This document shows, piece by piece, positions 39,601 to 53,514 of a stretch of 64,000 nucleotides of DNA. The position numbers and the translations under genes were made by a program. Below the pieces are notes generated by a model, which worked only from the letters and a program-made list of their open reading frames with translations, was not told the origin of the DNA and searched no databases. The first letter of the stretch is position 1. The number at the start of each line of letters is the position of its first letter. The DNA is from Mobula hypostoma (lineage: Eukaryota): positions 12,092,001 through 12,156,000 of the forward strand of contig NC_086101.1 in the NCBI RefSeq assembly GCF_963921235.1, read 5' to 3'.

Positions 39601-40961
39601 GCTAGAGTCAGTTATCAAAGATGTGATCACAGCACATTTGGAAAGCGTTGAAATCATCAGACAAAGTCAGCATGGATTTGTGAAAGGAAAATCATGTCTG
39701 ACGAATCTCATAGAATTTTTTGAGGATGTAACTAGTAGGGTGGATGGGAAGAACCAGTGGATGTGGTATATTTGGATTTTCAAAAGGCTTTTGACAAGGT
39801 CCCACACATGAGATTAGTGTGCAAACTTAAAGCACACGGTATTGGGGGTAAGGTATTGATGTGGATAGAGAATTGGTTAGCAGACAGGAAGCAAAGAGTG
39901 GGAATAAATGAGACCTTTTCAGAATGGCAGGCAGTGACTAGTGGGGTACCGCAAGGCTCAGTGCTGGGACCCCAGTTGTTTACAATATATATTAATGACT
40001 TGGATGAGGGAATTAAATGCAGCATCTCCAAGTTTGCGGATGACACGAAGCTGGGCGGCAGTGTTAGCTGTGAGGAGGATGCTAAGAGGATGCAGGGTGA
40101 CTTGGATAGGTTTGGTGAGTAGGCAAATTCATGGCAGATGCAATTTAATGTGAATAAATGTGAGGTTATCCACTTTGGTGGCAAAAACAGGAAAACAGAT
40201 TATTATCTGAATGGTGGCCGATTAGGAAAAGGGGAGGTGCAACGAGACCTGGGTGTTATTATACACCAGTCATTGAAAGTGGGCATGCAGGTACAGCAGG
40301 CGGTGAAAAAGGCGAATGGTATGCTGGCATTTATAGCGAGAGGATTCGAGTACAGGAGCAGGGAGGTACTACTGCAGTTGTACAAGGCCTTGGTGAGACC
40401 ACACCTGGAGTATTGTGTGCAGTTTTGGTCCCCTAATCTGAGGAAAGACATCTTTGCCATAGAGGGAGTACAAAGAAGGTTCACCAGATTGATTCCTGGG
40501 ATGGCAGGACTTTCATATGAAGAAAGACTGGATGAACTGGGCTTGTACTCGTTGGAATTTAGATGATTGAGGGGGGATCTGATTGAAACGTATAAGATCC
40601 TAAAGGGATTGGACAGGCTGGATGCAGGAAGATTGTTCCCGATGTTGGGGAAGTCCAGAACGAGGGGTCACAGTTTGAGGATAGAGGGGAAGCCTTTTAG
40701 GACCGAGATTAGGAAAAACTTCTTCACACAGAGAGTGGTGAATCGGTGGAATTCTCTGCCACAGGAAACAGTTGAGGCCAGTTCATTGGCTATATTTAAG
40801 AGGGAGTTAGATATGGCCCTTGTGGCTAAAGGGATCAGGGGGTATGGAGGGAAGGCTGGTACAGGGTTCGGAGTTGGATGATCAGCCATGATCGTACTGA
40901 ATGGCAGTGCAGGCTCGAAGGGCCGAATGGCCTACTCCTGCACCTATTTTCTATGTTTCTA
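36601..40961 (+). mobile_element. Full-length CR1-clade LINE (5' UTR, ORF1, ORF2, TTCTATGT tail), recently inactivated
   Basis: CpG-rich 5' UTR; ORF1 36901-37836; ORF2 has APE endonuclease (GDFH, SDH) and RT ([12 protein letters not shown]) with several stops and frameshifts; TGTC duplicated at both ends. Confidence 0.93.
36901..37836 (+). pseudogene. CR1 ORF1: CxxC..CxxC zinc finger, leucine zipper and SGNH esterase, with one internal stop
   Basis: CSRCRMW...CARC, LRDRVRELELQLDDL, IGDS, GTND, DGLH; TAG at 37168-37170 in an otherwise continuous frame. Confidence 0.88.
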
Positions 40962-41659
40962 TGTCAGGACTGAAACGTCAACTGTACCTCTTCCTACAGA
41001 TGCTGCCTGGCCTGCTGTGTTCACCAGCAACTTTGATGTGTGTTGCTTGAATTTCCAGCATCTGCAGAATTCCTCGTGTTATAGTTTAGTTGGCCATTTG
41101 ATTACTAATTTAATTTGGCACATTGTGAGCCAAAGGGCCTGATTCTGTGCTGTACTGTTCAAAGTTCTGAGCTGGTCCCATTTGTCCATGTTAGACCCAT
41201 ATTCCTCTAAACTCTTCCTATCCATATGTCTTATAAGTGTAGTTATTGTGCCTTCCTCGAGGTGCCTGTTTTATCCTGGATAGTATGGAATTTCTTGCTT
41301 TGTTGGAATTGCCCTGAGCCAGGCAGGTAGTGCTCCTGACTTGTGCCTTACAGATAGTGGAAAGGCTTTGGTGGGGTGGGGGGTTAGCAGATGAGCCATT
41401 TGTCACAGCAGCAAGTCATGCAGAGGGAGAGGGGAGGGAACAGGAGGAAGAGAGATACAGAGGAAGAGAAAGAGAGAGAGATAAAATGTTGGTAGATGGT
41501 TAAACCCTCAGTTAATGATTAGATTCAAAGCAAAATGTTCCAGCTAAAAGCATCCTGATGAAATATTTTCTCAGGTACCCTCTGAAATATTTACTTTGAT
41601 ATTGTTGTGTTCTCTGTAAAGTACACACGTGCTCACGCTCTCCTCTGATGGTCACTCAC

Positions 41660-41770
41660 CTGGTTTTTCACTCGCTCCATGCCCACCTCTGCAGTCCTGT
41701 CCTGTAAGCTGTGGACCAGCACGGCATGTTCTTGACCTTTCGTGGCAAGCTCCTCCTCCAGGTGTGCAAC
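41660..41770 (-). CDS. CCHCR1: CCHCR1 coding exon
   Basis: acgcag/gtgagt, 111 bp; VAHLEEELATKGQEHAVLVHSLQDRTAEVGMERVKNQ. Confidence 0.92.
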
Positions 41771-43589
41771 CTGCGTTGGTACAAGAATTTCAGCTGCACA
41801 AGCTTCATAATGAATGACCTGCTGAGCTAATGGCATCAGGAAGCATACAGGAGGGAGATTGAAAATCTGGCTGAATGGTGCCACAACAACAACAACCTCT
41901 CACTCAACGTCAGCAAGACCAAAGAACGGATTAATGGCTACAGGAGGAAGAAACCGGAGATCCACGAGCCAGTTCTTATTAGAGGATTGAAGGTGGAGTG
42001 GTTCGGTAACTTTAAATTCCTTGGTGCTATCAAGTCAGAGGATCTGTCCTGGGACCAGCACGTATGTGTCAACACAGAGACAGCACAGCAGTACCTCTAC
42101 TTCCTTAGACACCTGTGCAGTTTTGGCATGTCACATAAAACTTTTATAGATACACAGTGGAAACTATCCAAACTGGTTGCATTGCGGTCTGGCATGGAAA
42201 CACCAATACCCAGGAATGAAAAAGTCTACAAAAAGTGGTGAACACAGCTCAGTCCATCACAGGCAAAGCCCTCCCCATCAGGGAGCACGGCCACAGGAAA
42301 GCAGCATCTATCATCAAGGACCCCCACCATCCAGGCTATGCTCTCTTCTCATTGCTGCATCAGGAAAAAGGTATAGGAGCCTCAGATCTCACACCACCAT
42401 GTTCAGGAACGGTATTACCCATCAACCATCAGGATCTTGAACCGGTGTAGATAACTTCACTCACCTCAACTCTGAACTGATTCCACAACCTATGGACTCA
42501 CTTAGTACCACTCTACAACTCATGTTCTCAATATTATTTATTCACTGATTGATTGATAGGTCAACTGATTGATTGCACATTGGCTGCTTGTCACCCTTTG
42601 TGTGTAGTTTTTCACCGATTCTATTGCATTTCCCTGTTGTCTGAATGCCTGCAAGAAAGTGAATCTCAGGGTAATATGGTGACAGACAGAGGCAGTATGT
42701 AGTGAGATACTACACATTGCATCTGTTCGCAGTACAGAGCAAAAGTGGAGCGGCTGGTGGATTGGTGTGAGAAGAACAACCTAAGCCTGAACGTAGAGAA
42801 GACAAAGGAAATCATTGTGGACATCAGAAAGGTGCAGACAAACGATCTCCCTCGGTGAATACATGGCTCCTCCTTAGACGGTTAAGTGCACCAAGTTCCT
42901 GGGAGTTCACATCATGGATGACCTCACCTGGTCCCTTAATATCATCTCTCTGAACGAGAAGGCAGAGCAGTGCCTCCACTTCCTCAAGATCGAGGCAAGC
43001 AAGGCTCTCACAACCCCACATCCTAACTGTATTTTATAGAAGCACCACTGAGAGCATCCTGACAAGTTGCATCTCTATCTGGAAAGGGAGCAGTCGAGCA
43101 CTGGACCGAAAGTCCCAACAAAGGACTGTGAGAACAGCTCAGAGGATCACTGGGGTCTCCCTAGAATCCATAAGGGATATTTATCAGGAATGCTGCATAC
43201 CTAGAGCCCTTAGTATTAGTAAGGATCCCACCCATCAATCCAGCATCCTCTTTGACGTTCTACCATCAGGCAAGAGACTGTAACATATAAAAACAAGAAC
43301 GGTCTGGCTGAGAAACCGTTTCTTCCCCCAGGCCATTAGGCTTCAGAACTTCCAGCCATATCATATTTGAAGTGTCACTGGTTAATCTATTCCGTACCTT
43401 ACAATATTAAATATTAATGCACTTTAGTTTATTACTTGTGTGATCCATCCGTAGATTTTATCCTTACCATCATAAGTTATCATGTGTTATCTGTGTTATG
43501 TGTACTAGTGTGCTTTACACCCTGGTTTGAGGAAACATCGCCTTGTTTCTATATACATTATACGGTTATACATATGTATGTTGTTAAAT

Positions 43590-46000
43590 GAGGATACCAG
43601 AAGCTTCTTCAGATACATAAGGTGTTAAAGAGAGGCAAGAGTGGATATTGGACCACTGGAAAATGACGATGGAGAGGTAGTAATGAGGGACAAGAAAGTG
43701 GTGGATGAACTGAATACGAGAAAATCTGCAGATGCTGGAAATTCAAGCAACACACACAAAATGCTGGTGGAACGCAGCAGGCCAGGCAGCATCAGCACCA
43801 GACCAGGCCAGATGCTGCCTGGCCGGATGAACTGAATAAGTATTTTGCATCAGGCTTCACTGTGGAAGTTCCAGAGAGTCAGGGGTCAGAAGTTACCACT
43901 ACTAGGGAGAAGACTGTTGGGAACCTGCAAGGTCTGAAGTCACCTGGATCAGGTGGTATACACCCCAGTGTCCTGAAAGAGGTGGCTGAAGAGATTGTGG
44001 AGACATTTGTAATGATCTTTCGAGAATCACTAGGTTTTGTAATAGTTCCACCATTGTTGGTAGAATCTCAGATGGTGACGAGAAGGCGTACAGGAGCGAG
44101 ATATGCCAACTAGTGGAGTGGTGTCACAGCAACAACCTGGCACTCACTGTCAGGGAGACAAAAGAGCTGATTGTGGGCTTCAGGAAAGGTAAGACAAAGG
44201 AACACATACCCATCCTCATAGAGGATCAGAAGTGGAGAGAGCGAGCAGTTTCAAGTTCCTGGGTGTCAAGATCTCTGAGGATCTAACCTGGTCCCAACAT
44301 ATCAATGCAATTATAAAGAAGGCACGACAGCAGGTAGACTTCATTAGGAGTTTGAAGAGATTTGGTATGTCAGCAAATACACCCAAAAACTTCTATAGAT
44401 GTACCATGGAGAGCATTCTGGACACTACCTCACTTTTTAAGTATATATTATTTCTGGTTTTTTTTTGCATGATTTTTAATCTATTCGACATACATATACT
44501 GTAATAGAATTATTTATTTATTATTAATTTATTTTGTTTTTTTCTTCTATGTTATGTATTGCATCGAGCTGTTGCTTCTAAGTTAACAAATTTCACGGCA
44601 CATGCCAGTGATAATAAACCTGATTCTAATTCTGAGATTGGAAAATTGAAAATGTCATTCCACTCTTCAAGAAGGGAGAGAGGCAGAAGAAAAGAAATTA
44701 CAAGCCAGTTACTCTGACCTCAGTGGTTGGGAAGATATTGGAGTATATTACTAAGGATGAGGTCTCAGGGTACTTGATAAAATAGGCCATAGTCAGCATG
44801 GTTTCCTCAAGGGAATGTCTTGCCTGACGAAGCTGTCAGAATTCTTTGAAGAAGTAACAAGCAGGATAGACAAAGGACAATTGGTTGATGTTGTGTACTT
44901 GGATTTTCAGAAAGCTTTTGACAAGGTGCCACACATGAGGCTGCTTAATAAGCATGGATAAAGCAGTGGCTGATTGGCAGGAGGCAAAGAATTGGAATAA
45001 AGGGTGCCTTTTCTGATTGGCTGTGGTGACCAGTGAGGGGTCTTCTTTTTATGGTATATGTCAATGACTTGGATGATGGAATTGATGGCTTTGTTGCAAA
45101 GTTTGTGGACGATACAAAAATAGGAGGATAGGTAGTTTTGAGAAATTATAGAGGCTACAGAGGACTTAGACAGATTTGGAGAATGGGCAAAGAAATGGCA
45201 GATTGAATACAGTGTCGGGAAGTGAATAGCCATGCAATTTGTCGAAAAAATAATAGGGTAGACTATTTTCTAAATGGAGAGAAAAATCAAAAGTCAATTC
45301 AAAATCTTGGGAGTCCTTCAGCAGGATTCCCTAAGGATTAATTTGCAGGTTGAGTCTGTGGTGAGGAAAGCAAATGCAACGTTGGCTTTCATTTCAAGAG
45401 AACTAGAACCTAAAAGCAAGGATGTGATGTTGAGACTTTATAAAGCACTGGTGAGGCCTCAGTTGGAGTATTATTAGCAGTTTTGGGCCTCTTACACTAG
45501 AAAGGATGTGCTGACCCTGGAGAAAGTTCAAAGGAGGTTCAAGAAAATAATTCTAAGGACAGGATGGCTTGTCATATGAAGAGTGTTTGGTGGTTCTGGG
45601 CCTGTATTCGATAGAATTCCGAAGAATGAGGGGTTACCTCATTGAACCCTATTGAATGTTGAAAGGCCTTGATAAGAGTGGATGTGAAGAGGATGTTTCT
45701 TATGGTGGGAGATTCTGGGACCAGAGGATACAGCCTCAGAATAGAGCGGCATCCTTTTGGAACGGAGATGAGGAGGAATTTCTTTAGTCAGACAGTGGTG
45801 AACCTGTGGAATTCGATGCACAAGTGGCTGTGGAGCCAAGTCTTTATGGACATTTAAAGCAAAAATTGATAGATTCTTGATTAGTCAGGGCATGAAGGGA
45901 TACAGAGAGAAGGCAGGAGATTGGGATCAGCCATGATGAAATGGCACAGCAGACTCGATGGACCAAAAGACCTAATTCTGCTCCGATACCTTATATACTC
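43590..46000 (+). mobile_element. Older CR1 ORF2 copy with nested mini-PLE and Rex/Babar inserts
   Basis: [23 protein letters not shown] and LYKALVRPQLEY fragments. Confidence 0.78.
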
Positions 46001-47537
46001 TGATAAAAATTTTTCTTTGAACTCTGAAATCCAGTCACACCAGGGCCCCCTGCTCCAAGGTGGCTCTGGGCTGAGACTTCTGTTGAGTCATGGCTCAGAA
46101 TCAGTGTTTTTTTTTAGGTTCGTGGAGATGGTTTTGGGGACAGAAAAGGGAGTTAGGGGTCAGGTTAGGGTTTAGTCATAAGAAGCATTTTACTGTATGT
46201 TTCAATGTATACATGGTAAATAAACTTGAATCCTTTCCGCCTGTGCATTTCAGCAAATCCCTAGGAAAAGGGGCATTCATGATTTTGTAGCAATTGTTGA
46301 CCAATTAATGCAAATTTGTGACTACTGCTAAGAACTTCACCAGAAAATTTATTACAGAAATAAGGAATTAACAATGAAAAAGAAGCTGCAGAGAATGGTT
46401 TCATCTTGAGTATAGCAGCTGTCTGGTTGCATCACAGCCTGGTATCGATGCTCCCATGCACAGGACTGGAAGAGGATGCAAAGGGTTGTAGGCTCAGCTC
46501 CATCATGGGCACAAGTCTCCCCCACCACTGAGGACATCCTCAAGAGGCAGTGACTCAAGAAGGTGCCACCCCTCCATCTGAGGCATGCCCTCTTCTCGTT
46601 TCCACAATCGGGGAGGAGGTAGTGGATCCTGAAGTCCCTAAAACTCGACAATTTAGGATCAACTTAATTCCCCTCCATGAACCCATAAGCAATACTTCAT
46701 GAGTCCTTTTTTTTGCACTGTTTCTGTAACTAGCAGTGAATTTATACCTTTGCACTGTACTGCTACCACAAAACAACAAACTTCTCAACACATAAGGCAG
46801 TGATAATAAATAAATACTGATTTAGTAATCTTGTTTCTGTTTTAATATCTGTTCTGGAAGATGAGCGAATCAGCCTGGATTATATGATCACCGAGGTGGG
46901 ACTGGAATGTCTCAGCGGTGCCATGAGGTCCCATCCCATTCCTCGGGACCCGCAATTTCTGTATTTCTGGCGGAGGCAGGGTCTGTGGGAATTTCCAGGG
47001 CTGCTCTTTCTGCAAAACAAGGCCAGGGCACCCCCTTCCTGAAGTCAAGGACCATCCCTTTTCTTGACGTTGAGTGAAAGCCACATAACTAAGCTCTCAA
47101 TCTCCTTCATTGAGATGCAGTTCTCTACAGTGGTTTCACCTACAAACCAGTAGATGGAGCTAGAGCAGAACCTGATCATGCCAGAGAACGTACAGGGAGT
47201 AGATTAATGGGCTGAGGACACAACCTTGCGGGACTACAGTGTTTAGAAAGATCAGGGTGTAAGTGTTGCCGCCTGTCCTTACTGAGTGCAGTCTATTAGT
47301 TAGGGAGTCAAAGATCCAGTTGCAGAGGGAGGAAATGACGACCTAGGCCCAGAGTTAATCAAGAGTCAAGGATCAATTTTATTCGCCATATGCATTTACA
47401 TGTGTTACGAATTTGCTGTGGTGTGTTGGTCCGGGTGTAACATGCAACAAAAAAAAAACAACATTCAACAACTATAAAGAATAAAGTGTTATATAAAAAT
47501 AAGTTATGATGAGTGACACCCACAAAATAAACAATCA

Positions 47538-47573
47538 GGTCCTGATGAAGGGTCTCAGCCTGAAACATTGACT
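47538..47573 (+). ncRNA. Hammerhead motif in a short Penelope-like pseudo-LTR fragment (47537-47670)
   Basis: GGTC-CTGATGA-AGGGTCTCAGCCT-GAAAC-ATT-GACT followed by the conserved gatgctgcctgacctgctgagttcc tail. Confidence 0.7.
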
Positions 47574-47743
47574 GTTTATTCCTCTCCATTGATGCTGCCT
47601 GACCTGCTGAGTTCCTCCAACATTTCATGTGTGCTGCTCTAGATTTTTAGCATCTGCAGACTATCTTGTGTTTATAAGTTATGAAGAGCTGCTTGAAATA
47701 ATAATATTGAAGGCAGAATGCAATTAATAAACAAGGTACGCAC

Positions 47744-47887
47744 CTTGACCTGGAGATGATTGATATCGTTGGTGTGACTGATCTCCTGCGACTTCAGCTG
47801 CACCATCAGAGCAAACACCTTCTCTCTCCAACGCGTCACCACTGATGCTTTCCTCCTATTGTCCCCGCTCTGGACATCCAGTGTAGG
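47744..47887 (-). CDS. CCHCR1: CCHCR1 coding exon
   Basis: ttccag/gtgcgt, 144 bp; contains the diagnostic RWREKVFALMVQLKSQE motif (recalled human form RWREKVFALMVQLKAQE). Confidence 0.95.
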
Positions 47888-49202
47888 CTGGAAACACAAG
47901 GCAGAAGAAATCACAGTAACCATTTGCTTTCTCTTCCCTTCTGCAAACTTCAGAAGTGGAGAGAGTGAGCAATTTCAAGTTCCTGGGTGTCAATATCTCT
48001 GAGGACCTAACCTGGTCCCAACATACTGTATCAATGCACCCTAAAGGCAGCAAGACAGTGGCTGTACTTCATTGGGAGTTTGAGGAGATTTCATTTGTCA
48101 CCGAAAACACTTGCGGATTTCTACAGATGCACCATGGAGTGCATTCCAACTGGCTGCATCACCATCTGGTATGTGGGGGAGGGAGGGGGCTGCTGCACAG
48201 GATTGAAGTAAGCTGCAGAGAGTTGTAAAGTTAGTCAGCTCCATCATGGGCACCAGCCTCCTTAGTATCCAGGATATCTTCAAGGAGTGATGCCTCAAAA
48301 AGGCAGCGTCTATCATTAATGATCCCCATTACCCAGGACATGCCCTCTTCTCATTGCTACCATCAGGAAGGAGAGACTGAAGCCTGCAAGCACACACTCA
48401 ACGATTCAAGAACAGCTTCTTCCCCTGTCATCCGATTTCTGAATGGACATTGAACCCATGAACACTACCTCACTACCTTTTTATTCCTAGTTTTTTGAAC
48501 TACTTAATTAACTATTTATTTATAGTAAAACAGGATCAACAGGTGCATGACATATGCCGGTGATATTAAACTTGATTCTAATTCTGACGAAGGTCCATGT
48601 TTCCTAGTGCCCCAGAGTGTGTACCAAACTACTAGTGACCTGCAGTACAATCCCCATCCTCAGCCTCCCACACTGTTCCCATGAACCTCAATGGAAAGTA
48701 TCTCACCTCCTGGTTTCATGGACTCAAAATTCAATTCAACTACAGTATTTTAGTTAATCGGTTCTGTATCTCATATAAATGTTGAAGATGCATAAGATGT
48801 TGGTGAGGCCTAATTTGAAATAGTGTGTGCAGAGTTCTGTTCACCTACCTTCAGGAAATATATCAATTAGATTGAAAGAGTACTGAGAAATTTTACACAG
48901 ATGTTGCTGGGACTTGAGTTATCAGGAAAGGTTGAATAAATCAGGACTTCATTCCCCAAGTGAAGAACAATGAGGGGAGATTTGATGGAGGTATAGATAG
49001 GGTTGGGTGGCAGGGTGGAGATAAATCTCTACCAAAGGAGGTGTAAGGCTCTCCTTCCCTCCGCTAGTCTGCAGGCCAGCCTTGGGCAAGCTGCAACACC
49101 TGCCTGGCTCCCCGATCAGGGTCACGCCAAGCCATGGGTCAGCTGGTGGGTGGGTGACACCCTACCTAATGACAAATGGCAGCCTACCTAAGAGAAATTA
49201 AA

Positions 49203-49359
49203 GGCAAAGGGTAGTCACACCAAATATTGATTTGATTTAGTTTTTTTACTGTTTATTGCAATATAATCTATTTGACATTTGGAAACTTTTCATTGCTTTT
49301 GAAAGCATCTTGTTTTACAGATTCTGTTTACATGTGCCTAAGACTTTTGCACAGTGCTG
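49203..49359 (+). mobile_element. Tc1 right end
   Basis: aagggtagtcacaccaaatattga, then the TIR cctaagacttttgcacagtgctg and TA. Confidence 0.7.
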
Positions 49360-50039
49360 TACACTTCCATAAGTTCATCCCTCAATTCTCCTATGCTCCA
49401 ATGAATAATGTCCTAGCCTGCTAACCGCTCTCTAGAGCTCAGTCGCTTGAGACGTGGCAACAGTCTCATATCTCTTTTTTTGCTTTCGAACCAGCTTAAT
49501 GGCATCTTTCCTACAGCAAGGTTACCAAAGTTGAACACAACAGTCGAAATGTGGCCTTCCCAATGTCTTCCTACATCTTCACCAGACAATCCTTCAACAC
49601 ATTCTGCCCTCCACGGGGTTTCCACCTGAAACGTCGGTCATTTCCTTTCCTCCTTACAGATGCTGCTCGACCAGCTGAGTTTCTACTGAAGACTGTAGCT
49701 CCTCCTGCCCTTCAGTCTGTCCTAGTCTCCAACCTACCACTGATCACCTCTATCGTCTCTCGATCTCCTCTGCGACTTATACATGTTCCAATTCCTACGT
49801 TTTCCCTTCTGACCTGAACTATTAATGCTGGTTTTCCTCCCCATAGATGCTGCCTGACCTGTTGAGTATGTCATATTTCCAGGTTATATTTGCTTTGGAA
49901 TTAGCAGCTATCTGGCTCCAGTCAGAAAGACATGGACTCATTTCCAGAAAACGCCCTCTCCCACCTACCCCATTTCTTTGTCGGAGGGCATCATACACAT
50001 GTGTTGGCTCTGGAGAGGTTCAGAAGAATGAAAGGATTA

Positions 50040-52380
50040 ATAAGGATATAGGAGCAGAATTCGGCCATTTGGCCCATTGAGTCTGCTCTGCCATTTCATC
50101 ATGGCTGATCCAATTTTCCTCTCAACCCCAATATCTTGCCTTTTCCCCACATCCATTCATTCCATGACCAATCAAGAATCTATCAAGCATTGCCTTAAAT
50201 ATACATAAAGACTTGGCCTCCACAGCTGCTCATGGCAAAGAATTCCAGATTCACCACTCTCTCGCTAAAGAAATTCCTCTTCATCTCTGTACAAAAAGGA
50301 CGCCCCTCAATTCTGAGGTTGTGTGCTCTGGTCTCAGACTCTACTACCATAGGAAACATCCTCTCCACATCCACTCAATCAATAGGTTTCAATGAGGTCA
50401 CCCCTCATTCTTCTGAATTCTAGTGAATACCCATCAAATGCTCATCAGGTAACAAGCCATTCAATCCTGGAATCATTTTCATGAACCTCCTTTGAACCCT
50501 CTATAGTCTCAACACATTTTCTAAGATAAGGGGCCCAAAACTGCTCACAATACTCCAAGTGAGGCCTCGCCAGTGCTTTATAAAGTCTCAACATTACATC
50601 CTTGCTTTTATATTCTTGTTCTCTTGAAATGAATACTAACATCGCATTTCCCTCCTTACCACAGACTTAACCTTCAAATTAACCTTTTGGGAATCCTGCA
50701 CAAGGACTCCCAAGTTCCTTTGCACCTCAGTTTTTTTGCATTTTCTCTCCATTTAGAAAACAGTCAACCCTTTCATTTCTTCTAACAAAATGCATGGCCT
50801 TACACTTCCCAACACTGTATTCCATCTGCCATTTCTTTGCCCATTCTCCAAAACTGTCTAAGTCCTTCTGTAGCCCCTCTACTTCCTCAAAACTACCTCC
50901 CCCTCCACCCACCTTCATATCGCCTGCAAACTTTGTAACAAAGCCATCAATTCCATCATCCAAATCATTGACATACAATGTAAAAAGAAATGGTCCCAAT
51001 ACAGACCCCTGTGGAACACCAGTAGTTACTGGCAGCCAGCCAGAAAAGGCTCTATTTATTCCCACTCTTTGCCTCCTACCGATCAGCCACTGCTTTATCC
51101 ATGCTGGAATCTTTCCAGTCATACTACGGGCTCATAGCTTATTAAGCAGTCTCAGGTGTGGCACCTTGTCAAAGGCCTTCTGAAAATCCAAGTACACGAC
51201 ATCAACCGATTCTCCTTTCTCTATCCTGCTTGTTATTTCTTCAAAGAATTCCAACAGATTTTTCAGGCAAGATTTTCCCTTGAGGAAACCATGCTGACTG
51301 TGGCCTATTTTATCATCTGCCTCCAGGTGCCCTGAAACCTCATCCTTGATAATCGAATCAAACATCTTACCAACCACTGAGCTCAGACTAACTGGCCTAT
51401 AGTTTCCTTTCTTCATCCTCACTCCCTTCTTGAAGAGTGAAATGGTGTTTTCAATTTTTCAGTCTTCTGGAACCATTCCAGAATCTAAAGACTCTCGATA
51501 ACGCCTCCACAATCTCTTCAACCACCTCTTTCAGAACTCTGGTTTTGTTGGCTTTGACTTGTTGTGTTAGCCACAGTTATGTCATCTTTCCTTTAGAATA
51601 TTTCTTCCTCTTTGGGATATATATATCCTGTGCCTTCCAATCAATTCTGGCCAACTCATCTCTCATGCCTCTGTAATTCTTTTACTCCACTGTAATACTG
51701 ATACATCTGACTTTACCTTCTTTTTCTCAAATTTCAGGATAAATTCTATTGTATTATGACCACTGGCCCACTAAGGGCTCTTTTACTTAAGGTTTCTAAT
51801 CAATTCTGGTTCATTGCACAATACCCAATCCAGAATAGTTGATCCATTTGTCGGTTCAACCATGAGCTCCTCAAAAAAAGCTAACTCATAGGCACTTTAG
51901 AAATTCCCCCTTCTGGAATCCAGCACCAATCTGATTTTCCCACTCCCTGCACATTCAAATCCACCATGATGATTGTAATATTGCCCTTTTGACATGCATT
52001 TTCTATTTCTTGTTATAATTTCTAGGCCACATTCTTACCATTGTTTGGGGGTTTGCATACAACTCCCATCAGGGTCATTTTACCCTTGCAGCTCCTTAGT
52101 TCTATCCACAAAGATTCACCACCTTCTGTCCCTATGCCACCTCTTTCTAACGATTTGATTTCATTTTTTACCAGCAGAGCAACGCCACCCCCTCTGCCTT
52201 CTTGTCTGTCCTTTTGACACAATGTGTACCCTCATGCTCATAGCTCCCAGCTATAACCTTCTTTCAGCTGTGATTCAGTGACGCCTACAACATGATACCT
52301 GCCAGTTTGCATCGGTGCTACAAAATTCCGTATACTGCGTGCATTCAAATATAACACCTTCATCAATGTATGAGATGCAT
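50040..52380 (-). mobile_element. Older CR1 ORF2 copy
   Basis: ORFs 50727-51422 with [10 protein letters not shown] and [11 protein letters not shown]; endonuclease fragment YLNARSIRN. Confidence 0.8.
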
Positions 52381-53403
52381 TTGATGTCTCTGGTCCTGAA
52401 CTTGGAAGTTCAGAAGGATGGGGGGGTGGGGGAGGGTGTGAGAATATCACTGAAATCTACCAGATATTGAAAGGCTTGGATAGAGTGGAAATGGAGACGA
52501 TATTTCCATCAGTAGGAGAATATAGGATCTGAGGGAACAGAATAGAATAGAAATGTGAAGGAATTTTTTCAAGCAGATGGTGGTGAATCTGTGGAATTCA
52601 TTGCCACAAAGGTCTGTGGAAGTCGACAGGCTCTTAGTTGGAAAGGGGATGATTTATTTCATTTTACTCATAGTTATATGTGGAGTAGGTCCTTCAGGCC
52701 CTTCGAGCTACACCGCCCTGCAACCTCCGACAACCCCGCTTTAACCCCAACCTAATCACGGGGCAATTTACAATGACTAATTAACCTACTTGATACATCT
52801 TCGGACTGTGGGAGGAAACCAGAGCACACGCGGAAAACCCACACACGTACAGAGACCCTTACAGATGACGCCAAACTCCGATGTCCAAGCTGTAACAGCG
52901 TTGCACTAACCTCTATACTACAGTGGCGAAGGTTAATGGGGAGAATGGGAGAACGGAGTTGAAAAAAACTCAGCCATAGTTGAATGGCTCAGAACCTGAC
53001 AGGACGAATAGCCTAATCGTGCCCCTATATCTTTTAGTTGTTTGGCCCACTGAGTCCATGCCAGCTCACAAGGCAATCCCATTCCTCCACTAAGTTAGCC
53101 CTATATCCCATTGTCATCACATCGCATCAAACCCACCCACCTACACTCGGAGATATACAGCTGCCAATTAACTATATCATTGGCATGGACAAAACCACAG
53201 CACCCATAGATGCTTGAAAACTGAAACTGAAATCGAAAGTGCCGCATATCAGACAGCACTGTTAAGAGAAAAGAGTGTTAATCCTTCCGAATGGATCAAA
53301 GTTCATCAGCCTGTAATGCCAACACTCTCTACAGATGCTGACTGACTTGCTGGGTATTTCCAGCTTTCTCTCCCCTCACTTCAGCTCAGAGTGTTGCCGG
53401 TAC

Positions 53404-53514
53404 CTTCCCACTGCGGTCACTCTCCTGGATGGTGAGAATGTCCATCAGAGATGTCAGGCGCACGTTGAGAAGCTCTGATGTGGCTCTTAGTGTCTCCTTC
53501 TCCTTCTCCAGGTG
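53404..53514 (-). CDS. CCHCR1: CCHCR1 coding exon
   Basis: tgccag/gtacc, 111 bp, phase 0-0; HLEKEKETLRATSELLNVRLTSLMDILTIQESDRSGK. Confidence 0.92.

Noticed and set aside
49005..49190. HDV-like ribozyme at an RTE-like 5' end
   Set aside because: A P1-like pairing (GGGTGGC / GCCAGCC) is suggestive, but I could not build P2, P3 and P4 by eye. It needs a descriptor search.
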